Position numbers and translations under genes: made by a program
Shown here: piece after piece, positions 1-9,700 of the stretch
How positions within the stretch are numbered: position 1 is the stretch's first letter
Layout: each line of letters starts with the position of its first letter
IMG/VR virus record: IMGVR_UViG_3300020408_000021
Span: 1-32,767 of that record
From: a virus
Lineage: Duplodnaviria; Caudoviricetes
Reading direction: 5' to 3' (one strand)
Length of the DNA stretch: 32,767 nt
The notes under the pieces: model-generated
What the model was told of the DNA's origin: nothing
Seen by the model: only the letters and a program-made list of their open reading frames with translations
Databases searched by the model: none

Positions 1-1
1 T

Positions 2-1573
2 GGTGTCGGTGATAGCGGTGAGTTCAGTTCGGGCGGCGGGAATACCAACTTTAGTTCCGGTGGCGGGTCTTCTGGTGGTGATGATGATAGTTCTTCAAGC
101 GGCACCACCTTTGGAGTAGGCGGTGTTTCCAAAACAGGTTCCACAGCGGCAGACGCGGCAATCGGTTGGACCTCTGGTGCGGGTTCAGGCACAGCCGGTA
201 GTAACTATGAAGCATTACAAAATGCTACAACATCTGAAGTAGACTATGCCCGGTCTATGGCTGACCAAGGTGCATCTGTAGGACAGATTGCAACATTCCT
301 AAACACAGGCACAGACCCGTTTGCTACAGCACAAGGCGGTACAGTAAATCAAGGCAGTAGCATCGGCTCTGTTATTCAAGGCGTAACACAGCAAGCTATA
401 GGTCAGGCCGGTTATACATCACCTTCTATAGCCAAGCGGTCTTTCGATAATACATCAGGCACATTAACAGGCGGCGTGTCAGGTGCCGCTGGTGCGAGAG
501 CAGAGGGTTTTGAAAACGAGGCTTTTGAAAGTGGTGCTAACGGTAGCGTAGAGTATGGAGAAATACCTTCGCAGACCCTTGAGCGTAGTCAGCGTCAGCA
601 AAATCTTCAGGAACGCCTAGAGAGACGGGGCGATAATTCATTTGAAGTCACAGGTCTACGAGAGGCTTTGATACCCGGCACGAGCATTGGTAACAGACCC
701 GGAAGGTTTTATCAGGGTAGTGGTGAAGCAGACCCAAGCAAAGAGAGAGCGTTCAACACCACTAATAGCGGTTTGATGGCAAGCGAAAGCGGTGCCTTTG
801 GCTTATTAGATAAAGAAGGTATGAAATCGTTAGGCGAAGAATATGGCGTACCGGGTCTAGAAAACATGAACCCCAGAGCGCAGATGGTTAATCTGTCTCA
901 AATATTTTCCGCTAATCCTGATATTAAAATCGGTAGAGCAGATCAGAAATTAGGCGGTCAGGCTGTCGTTCGCAATCAACAGATTGTAGATTACAACCCA
1001 GACACCGGCTCTTTCATGGTTGAGGGTGGCAGTAAAGGTTTCCTTGGAAGTGATTTAGGTAAAGCCTTTAGTTTCTTTGCACCGGCTGGCGTGGCTTCCA
1101 CAGCAATGGGTTTAAGTGGCACAGCAAATAATCTTAAAAACGCCGTGCTAGATAAGGACACTGCAAGTGTTTTTGGCACGATTGGTTCTGTTTTTGGTTT
1201 GCCTATTGGTCTTGGTATTACCGGCCTAGATTATGCCGGAGTAGATGTAAACCGGTTCTTGCCACAGCTTCCTACAAGTAAAGCGCGGAACCGTTCAGTG
1301 TTTACGGAAGATACAGGCGGTGATGATAATACAGGCGGCGTGACTGCACCACAAATTCCCTATAATCAGCCAATCAATAATGAGCGTCTAATACCAGACA
1401 CCGCCCCGACAGGCTTGCTACGCCGTAAGCGTTTGCCGGGTCAAGATGTATACGGCGTAACCACAAACGATTTTCCGTTTCTAGCCATGTCTGATGAGTT
1501 GAATACTTCAGGTTTGGGTGGGGGCAAAGGTCGCGGTAGGGCTGGAAGAATTCAGCAGAATAGAGGTAGATAG
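2..1573 (+). CDS. Gly/Ser-rich putative internal virion (ejection) protein, 5'-truncated by window edge
   Basis: The frame of ORF 257..1573 is open back to position 2 (GVGDSGEFSSGGG...); low-complexity G/S/Q composition, Gly-rich hydrophobic segments, first of four genes before the tail genes. Confidence 0.6.
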   Translation, partial: GVGDSGEFSSGGGNTNFSSGGGSSGGDDDSSSSGTTFGVGGVSKTGSTAADAAIGWTSGAGSGTAGSNYEALQNATTSEVDYARSMADQGASVGQIATFLNTGTDPFATAQGGTVNQGSSIGSVIQGVTQQAIGQAGYTSPSIAKRSFDNTSGTLTGGVSGAAGARAEGFENEAFESGANGSVEYGEIPSQTLERSQRQQNLQERLERRGDNSFEVTGLREALIPGTSIGNRPGRFYQGSGEADPSKERAFNTTNSGLMASESGAFGLLDKEGMKSLGEEYGVPGLENMNPRAQMVNLSQIFSANPDIKIGRADQKLGGQAVVRNQQIVDYNPDTGSFMVEGGSKGFLGSDLGKAFSFFAPAGVASTAMGLSGTANNLKNAVLDKDTASVFGTIGSVFGLPIGLGITGLDYAGVDVNRFLPQLPTSKARNRSVFTEDTGGDDNTGGVTAPQIPYNQPINNERLIPDTAPTGLLRRKRLPGQDVYGVTTNDFPFLAMSDELNTSGLGGGKGRGRAGRIQQNRGR

Positions 1574-1575
1574 CC

Positions 1576-3051
1576 ATGAGCATCTTTAAGAAAATTAGAA
1601 ACTTCCTTGGAAAGGACGAAGTACGGGCTGGCCTAGCTATAGGTAGTGGTCTTGCTGGTCTGGGTGCTTTCGATGGCATGAAGTACGGTGGCGCACTGAC
1701 AACAGGTCTGGGTGGTTTGAATGTCGCTTCTGGATTGTCAGCCGGTGGCGTTTCGGGCGCATTACAAGCTGGTCTTGGAGGTTATGGCCTAGCACAAGGT
1801 ATGGGTAAAGTTGGCACCTTCCAAGATACCTACAAAAGTATTTTTGGGGGTGGTAAGCAATCGTCTATTACCGGACCCACACCACGGCCTAGTATTGCAG
1901 ATACATCCATAACTGGTGGTGGACCTCAGTCTTTCACAGACCAAGCACAAGCATATAATTTTGCTAACCGTTCAAGTATTCCTAACTATGCTTACGAAAG
2001 CCAAAGGAACTTAAATATAGCTGGTGATTTAGATGCAATGCGTCAGGGCGGTATGAGTGATGCTGATATACAGCAATATCTCAAGGACAGCCCACGAAAG
2101 TTTGGTGGTGGCTTCCAGCCGCAGTTTGGTGTGCAGAATACAAACACTAACGCCACGCAGTTTGCAAATGTCAGCGGCGCAGTAAACACCGGTGGTGGTC
2201 TTCCCAAAGGTCCGGGCGGTCTAGTTAGCTTTGACCAGATGGCTTCAGGTACTAATCAAACACCTAGTATGAGTAATGCTCAGATATTGTCGGCAAACCA
2301 ATCGGCAGTAGGTACAGGCGGCGGCGCGAATATGTCTGTACCCGGCGGCTCCGTATTTAGCGGTGCTGGTAATCAAATGGCCGCAAACAGCAACCAGATG
2401 ATGGTGACCGCTGGCGGTAAGAGTGTTCCATCCTTCATGGTTAATGGTCAGCAAGTCGTGATTGGTGAGAACGGTTTGATGCAATCAGCCGCTGACTGGG
2501 TAAAACAAAACACTGAAGGCAGTGGCTTTAGCTTCAAAGGCGTGATGGACAACATCGCTCAGAAAGCTATGGACGACCCAATGCAAGCATTTTCTGTAGG
2601 CGCGGCTTTGGTTACAGCTTTTGCTGAAAGCCCACAAGAAGAAGCCGCACGTCTTTATGCGGATGAGATTGCCCGTGTCCGGGCGCAGACCGACCCGAAC
2701 TCGGACTTCGGTCAAACATTCATGTCTGAGTACACCAACCAACGTCAGACTGAACTGAATCAACAGTATGCTGATGCGAAAGCTAACTGGGTAAGCTCTA
2801 TGGCCGCGAGAGGTCTCACCAACAGCACCATTGCTACAGAAGGTATCACTTCATTGGATGCTAAGTTTGCTGAACTACAATCCAAGTTGCCTATGGATGC
2901 AATGGCGGCTCTTCAGCAATACCAGAACAACCAGTTCAAGAACTTGAACTTGGGTTTAGGGCCAGCCCAAGCACAGGCAAAACTTATGGCCAGTCAATCT
3001 AATCCATTCTCATTAGCCTCGAAAGGCGCAGTCTCAAGCGTAGGGTCCTGA
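1576..3051 (+). CDS. Putative internal virion/ejection protein (491 aa)
   Basis: N-terminal glycine-zipper hydrophobic segments (GLAIGSGLAGLG...GGVSGALQAGLGG), Q/N-rich middle, C-terminal helical region (MAARGLTNSTIA); 2 bp after previous stop. Confidence 0.65.
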   Translation: MSIFKKIRNFLGKDEVRAGLAIGSGLAGLGAFDGMKYGGALTTGLGGLNVASGLSAGGVSGALQAGLGGYGLAQGMGKVGTFQDTYKSIFGGGKQSSITGPTPRPSIADTSITGGGPQSFTDQAQAYNFANRSSIPNYAYESQRNLNIAGDLDAMRQGGMSDADIQQYLKDSPRKFGGGFQPQFGVQNTNTNATQFANVSGAVNTGGGLPKGPGGLVSFDQMASGTNQTPSMSNAQILSANQSAVGTGGGANMSVPGGSVFSGAGNQMAANSNQMMVTAGGKSVPSFMVNGQQVVIGENGLMQSAADWVKQNTEGSGFSFKGVMDNIAQKAMDDPMQAFSVGAALVTAFAESPQEEAARLYADEIARVRAQTDPNSDFGQTFMSEYTNQRQTELNQQYADAKANWVSSMAARGLTNSTIATEGITSLDAKFAELQSKLPMDAMAALQQYQNNQFKNLNLGLGPAQAQAKLMASQSNPFSLASKGAVSSVGS

Positions 3052-3052
3052 T

Positions 3053-3781
3053 ATGTCTAGATTTATGACAACACTCGGCAACCTCGGCCTGTTAGCTGGT
3101 CAGTTGGATGCCGCCGGTAAACAGAAAGAAGCCAAGCAAAGAGCGGCGGCTGAAGAGCAACGCCAGTTCAATCTTGGACTTACATCTAAATATGACATTG
3201 CCAAATTCAATCAGGACCAAGCAAACAAACGAGCCATACTTAACTTAGAAGGTACGCTTGGCGGGGCCATGATTAGGGCTAACGCAAAAGGTCAGGCGAA
3301 CCCTTTGAACTTGGGTAACATGTCTGCACTCAATGACATGATTAATACGTCTGTTCTGAACTACTCAGGAGCAGACGGCCAACCTCTGTTTAGTAATGAT
3401 GCCTTTGATGGCAATGACCTTGGCGCAGATTATACAGGGGTCTTCGGAACAATTACTGGTTTAGTTAGAGACCAAGTCTTGTCAGGCCAAGTTGGCAATG
3501 ACCCTCAGTCCATTAACAAAGCCATCAACGATGCTTTAAACTTACTTTCGCCACAAATAAACAAACAGGATAGGCCGGGTGTCTTTACAGGTGATGATTA
3601 TCTCTTAGGCTTTGGCGGGGAAATGGGACAGTTTGTAAGTTCTTTCCGTCAAAAGGTTATGCAAACACCACCCGGTCAAAGAGGCGAACTTATTAACGAT
3701 TTAAGAACTTCACTTACAAATCGCGGTCTTTCATCGACTGTCGCTAATCAGATTATCAGGCTTATTCAACAAGGCTTATAA
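3053..3781 (+). CDS. Putative internal virion protein (242 aa)
   Basis: Tightly packed between ejection-like genes; EEQRQFN coiled segment near N-terminus. Confidence 0.55.
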   Translation: MSRFMTTLGNLGLLAGQLDAAGKQKEAKQRAAAEEQRQFNLGLTSKYDIAKFNQDQANKRAILNLEGTLGGAMIRANAKGQANPLNLGNMSALNDMINTSVLNYSGADGQPLFSNDAFDGNDLGADYTGVFGTITGLVRDQVLSGQVGNDPQSINKAINDALNLLSPQINKQDRPGVFTGDDYLLGFGGEMGQFVSSFRQKVMQTPPGQRGELINDLRTSLTNRGLSSTVANQIIRLIQQGL

Positions 3782-3783
3782 AA

Positions 3784-6700
3784 ATGGCACCAAAAGTACC
3801 GGGTCTTTTTGCTAATCCAACCACCGGCTTTGGTGGTATTGGTGCAGACAAACTACAACAGGCCAGACAAGACTTAGCTAACTACCAAGCACCTCAGATA
3901 GACAGAGAAAGACTTTCTGGCTTGATTGAGGGCATTGGTGGCTTCCAGCAAAAGCAACAGCAAAGAGCTAGAGGTTTTGACCTGTCTGAACTTTCTCAAG
4001 AGTTTGGTTTAGACACAGACATCCCAGTCACAGACATGTCTGGTCCAGACACACAAAGTGCGTTTAGTGAATTTTTAAGTGACACTATGGCGGCGGCTGA
4101 CCAAGGCTATGGTGACATGGGCTTTGGAGCATCTCTTATCTTGAATGATAATGAAACCAACATGATGGCTCTGGAGCAAAACTTTCAAAGAACTATAACT
4201 GCTCCCCCTGAAGAACTGGGCTTTGACCAAAACAGCTTATCACGTTTTGTAGATGCTGACTGGTATGCCAACATGATTGGTGGCACATTACCTTCTATTT
4301 CTACAATGATTGCTGGCGGTGCGGCTGGTGGTGCCATAACAGCCCCTACAGTAGTTGCTACACCTTTAGGTATTCTTGGTGGTGCAACAGTCGGTTCTGG
4401 CGGTGGCGTAGCCTTACAAACGCTCGGTTCCACTACTAAAGATGCATACATAGCTTATAGACAACAAGGAAAGTCTGTTGAAGAAGCCTACGACTTAGCT
4501 TACGCAGATGCCAAAGTAGATAGTGCAAAGTCTGGCGCACTAGCATCTGTTGCGACTTTGATAGCACCTCTGCGTTTTGCAAGAGGCGTAGGTGTAACCG
4601 CCGCCCCTGCCGTAGGTGCAAAAGCTATAGCTGGACAGTTTGCACAACAGTCCCTGATTGTTCAGCCTACTCTAGAAGTTGCAGACACTATCTCATCTAA
4701 CGCTATTGCTCAAAATAGTTATGACCCTAACCGTGTGCTGTCACAGGGAGCGTTAGATGCATTCATTGGCTCTGTATTTTTTGATGTACCCACTACGGCT
4801 GGCGGTATTTTAATTAGCCAGATGAACGGGAAGAACGTCCCAGCTTTTGAACCCGGTACACAACTCGTTCCAGCACCCCGGCTTCTTACTGGGCCTAATG
4901 CAGTAGATGGCGAGGTGATGCCACCTCTGACCGGTCCAGAGCCAGTAGCCGCCCTTCCCGCACCGCAGTTTGTCATAGAACAAAATGAAGATGGTAGCTG
5001 GTCTGTAATTGATAATATAAACACGGACTTCCGTCAGAACTTTGCTAATGAAGAAGACGCACAGTTTGAGGCAACCACACGAAACGACCAGATACTTAAT
5101 AATCAAATTCCAGCCGGTTTCAATCCAGACAGCGTGTCTAGCCGTGATGCTTTCTTGAAGTCACAAATTGATAGGATGGAGCAGTACGATGCTAACAAGC
5201 GTCAAGCAAATGAGAAGTACACCGGTGACGTTAGGATAAGAAACACTGTTGCTTTCTTTGAGTGGTTACGTAAAGCGGACACTATGAAAGCTAAATGGGA
5301 CCAGACTTATAATACAGCGGCGAAGCGTAATACGCCTTCAGCTATTCGTCAGTTAGCAGATATTCAAGAGCGTATTGAACTGACTAAGATAATTATGAAC
5401 CCGGTTCGTACTACAAAACTTCCTAACATGATTTACCAAAGCAAAGGCGGTAAGCCTTTCCGTGTAGTCATGGACAAGAACAACAGGCCACTGCGTCCAA
5501 AGGACAGGCAGGGCAACCCAAAGATGAACCATGTTTTAATATTTGACACTTCAAGCAAGACAGGTTTCCGCAGTGTAGCCATATCTTCAGGTACTCTGAT
5601 GGATGTTAGTTCACCTAACCCATCTAACCTTCTGATGACTGCTCCTGTTTATAAGCGTTTGATGGAAGCTCGGAACGCCATGTTGGCTGAGATGCGCGGC
5701 CAGATGCAAGGGCAGATTGAAGGTCAGCCAGCCGCTCAGATTACTGATGAGACACAGACACCAGCGGCATTACCATACAGCCCTCGCTTTGGTGAAGACC
5801 AGCCGGGTGTGACAGAGCGTGGTAACGAACGGGCTGAACAGCCGGGTACGTCACGGCCTGACCCGAATGCTCCACCGGATGTCATACCTTTGCCCGATGA
5901 GACACAGCCTGAAGCAGAGACAGGCAGAGACCCTGTTGAGACAGACACGAATGAACTGATGCGTCAGCGTTTAGGTTTGTCACCGGCTGTTATCAAAGAT
6001 GATGAAGTCACTGCCGCTTCACCGGACAGCGTAATTGATGAAGCTGAAGCCGAAGCTGAGATTGAATACACCATTAAGACACGGCGTATGCGGACCCCAG
6101 AGGGTATGGTTGATGAGGTTCAGCCACCTATTACCTCAGTCGCAGATGGTGGCAACATCATGTATACCATGCGTTTGCAGATGGTAGGCTCATCTAATTA
6201 TGCATGGTTCTTGGTAGATGAAAACGGTGGTGAAGTAGCCAGAAGTGGCAGTGCCAAAACACCCGGAATCCCTGAGTTACCCATCGGCTACACCAAGGAC
6301 GAAGCTATTGCATATATGAAAAATATGCTTCGCGAAAGAAACGAGGACCCTAAGTTTACTCGTTCCCGTGATGCTGGACAGCGTGGCGGTGCGACTGCGT
6401 TTGGTGAAGGCGTTGAAGCCATGCTTGAGGCTGTGCCTGAACAGGACCGCTCTAACGTCCGTAAAGTGCTGATGATGTTCCAGCAAGCTCTGGGTAAATC
6501 TCTAGACACCGTAGACGTGGTAGACATGGCAACTTGGCTACAGAACCAAGATGTCGTGGCAGATGACGGCAACTTTGTGGCGGCTTACCTAAACAACTGG
6601 GTTAAGCAACAAAGCGGCGGCATTCAGAAAGGTGCCATTGCTATATCGCAAGGATTGTCTTCGCCTGATGCTGTACGTGCGCTGGCTCACGAACTCACAC

Positions 6701-9700
6701 ACTTCACAGTCAAAGTAAAGAACATCAGCAAAGATATGATGGTTGAGTTCTATAACAGTGTGCCTGAGAACGACAGTATCCGTCAGGTCATCGACAGTGA
6801 TCCATATTACAGTCAGCAATCTGTAGAGGTACGGGCTGAAGAAGTCCTAGCTGAGACACTGGCACAGATGCTGACGAACCGCTATCGTGGCCGGTTACAT
6901 CAAGAAAGCACATTCAAGTACATGCTACGCCAGATTGTGCGTGTGGTACGGGAAGCCTTTGAAGGTATCACAGGCAGAGACACTGTAGATACTTTCTTTG
7001 CAAACCTTGCCAAGCAGTACGGTGCAGACACACAGGCAACCAACCCATTCATGGACCGCAGAGACCCTGTATTTGATGAGGCTAGTTTTGCACGTAAGAC
7101 AGGCGATGACGGCTCTACTCTGCCGCCGGAAGCGTCCAAGTCTATGGAAGATATCCAGAAGAATATCCCAGAACATAAGCGTGTAGCCCGTGCAACACAG
7201 ATGGGTACACAGCAAACCGCTGTAGATGGCAAGCGTTTTATTGACAAAGACCTTTCAGTTAAAGGACGTGGCTGGATAGGTAAGCGGTCTATCATGGAAA
7301 TCTGGGAACAGGCGATAGCCAACACACCCGGCGGCAAAGAAAAGCTAGAGATGATGAAACGCTCCGGCATAGACATGATGCCGAAAGCAGAAGAGTTCTG
7401 GAACCGCTCTTTCAATCGTGAGGACCGTGCGCGGTACTGGTATGAGATTAGCTCTGAGATGTTCCGGGCTACTTTCCCAGATGCAACAGACGCACAGCTT
7501 GAACAGTTTATTGACTTGGTTGGCGCAACTTCTGTACAGGCAAATCCAACAGACAACATACTTCGTGCTATCGCTGTGTTCTCTGAGTACCTACAGGGTA
7601 TGCCTATTGAGACAGACCTCACAGATGTAGAGGGTGTGCGTAAAGCTCTATCACCTGAAATGCTAGGTGGACCTAAGACACGCTCGTTCAGCGGCACCAT
7701 GCTTTATTTGCTAGGCAAACGTGCAGAGGTTCCGTTGTCTACTAATGACCGTCAGGTTGCAACAGTCTTTGGTGTAGATGGTGATGTGATTGCCAATGAC
7801 TATCTATTGTATGAACTCATCTCTAACTTCTACATCGGTATGCGAGATGAGATGAACGCTAATCTACCACCAAATGCCGAGCCATATGAGACATGGCAGA
7901 TACAGGCATTAGGATGGGTAGAAGAACGTGCAGAGAAGAACGCGGCCAAGAATAAGTTTGAAGAGTATGACGATTATGCAATGGTCATTCAGAACAAAGT
8001 TATGCCACGTCTGCAAGATGCCGGTATTTCTGTGCCAAATGGTCAGCTAACACAGAACATACTCAAAGACACACGTATACCGTTTGCCCTGCGCGATACA
8101 ATGGCAATGTTCACTGGCAGTTCAATAGCGACTGTTGAAACAGTATCTAAGCTCAACCCCGTTGGAGATAGGTTTGCTACGCTAGTTCGCAGAGGTCGCG
8201 GTCTAAAAGGCACAGTCGGCATGATGAAAGAAGCCGATAAGCTAGTGAAGCAGTCTATGGCCTCTGTTGCACTTCGTGTCAAAGGCAAACCAAATGCTAT
8301 TGATAATCTTGCCACCGCGATTATGGGTAAGAAAACAGACCTTCGCCGTATAGATACAAGTTCCTATGGTACGTTTGAGGGTGAAGGTAATCCCAACATT
8401 CGTATCCCGCTCAAAGGTATGGATGCAAGTCAGCGTCAAGTATTTTTAGGAATACTGGGACGTGGACTAAGACAGGCCGCTATGGCCGCGTCTGTGTTTA
8501 AGCCAGCGGATATCAATCAGCCCCCTCGCCCTAATCATTCTCGTACTTTCAGTGTGTTTATTCAAACCACAGAGAAATCCGTGGTGAATGAGATGGATGC
8601 GGAAAGTTTTGACCGTGCTATTGGACGACCTATCAATGTTAAGAGGGTAGCTAATGGATATGTCTTTGACATAAACGTAGGCGGGTATGACCCGGTGACT
8701 GATGCATCTATTGTTTCTGCCGCTGTAAGAAAAGCCGGTCTCGATAAGAAAGGCACAATTCGTTTACTGCCACGAGATTATCTCAATGAATATGGTTTTG
8801 ACTTTATTGAGATGGATAGTGTTGTGGACGATGACATGCAGATTGGTTACAATCAAATCGTTGAAAACTTCATTGAGGAATTAACAAATGGCGCAGTCCA
8901 AGAAGCCCAAGGCATCGACAGCCGAATCTCCGAAGGTGGTGTCCGAGCCTACCTCCGAGGGGATGACAAAGCAGAAATCTCAGACGGAAGACTTCCAAGT
9001 ACTGTCACCAAACGAGTTGAAAGAATACGGACTAGACTTAGAGAGCGAGTTGGTAATCTCCGTCAGGCAGAAGTAGCAATCATGGACATGTCTTCCACCT
9101 TGGAAGACAGTCAAGCCCAGTGGCTGGCAAAGCACGGTGACAAACTAGAAACTTTGATAGCCAACGCTGATCCGGACGATGCACCGAAGTTCGCCCGGTC
9201 ATCCCTAATACCAGAAGCAGACCAGACATCAGACACAGACAGCATTACTGAAGAAGAGTTTGCTCTGTTCTCCCGCTACCTGAATATGCCAGAGAGCGAT
9301 GCGAAGACCCGTATGCTTGAGTGGATGTCACGCAACTGGTTTACAGGCGTGTTTACAAGTTCAGCGCAACGCATCATTGGTATGGGACGCGGTACGAAAG
9401 CCGCTTACAAACTGGCCAACATGTTTGACCGTGATAAGTATGGGCGCACAGGACGTAATGAGACAGGCATCATTGGACAAGATGTTCACGATGAAATCTC
9501 TGAGCGTATTGCAAAGTTCAGCACACAGTTTACCGAGCAAGTTCTGAAAGGTCTGTCACCAAAACAAGCCCTCGCAATGGCAGAGATTATGCGCGGTAAA
9601 AACCGTAATGCAAAGACCGGTGCTATTCAAATACCGAGTGGTTTGGGTATACCCGTATCTAAAGCACGGGCCATGCGTAAGTTAATGAACGACTTGTATC

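Noticed and set aside
6900-7700. 266-aa antisense ORF and the other shadow ORFs in the track (e.g. 10566..11039, 12872..13330, 20044..20352, 22663..23082)
   Set aside because: They lie opposite well-supported genes, mirror their codon bias and have no recognisable motifs
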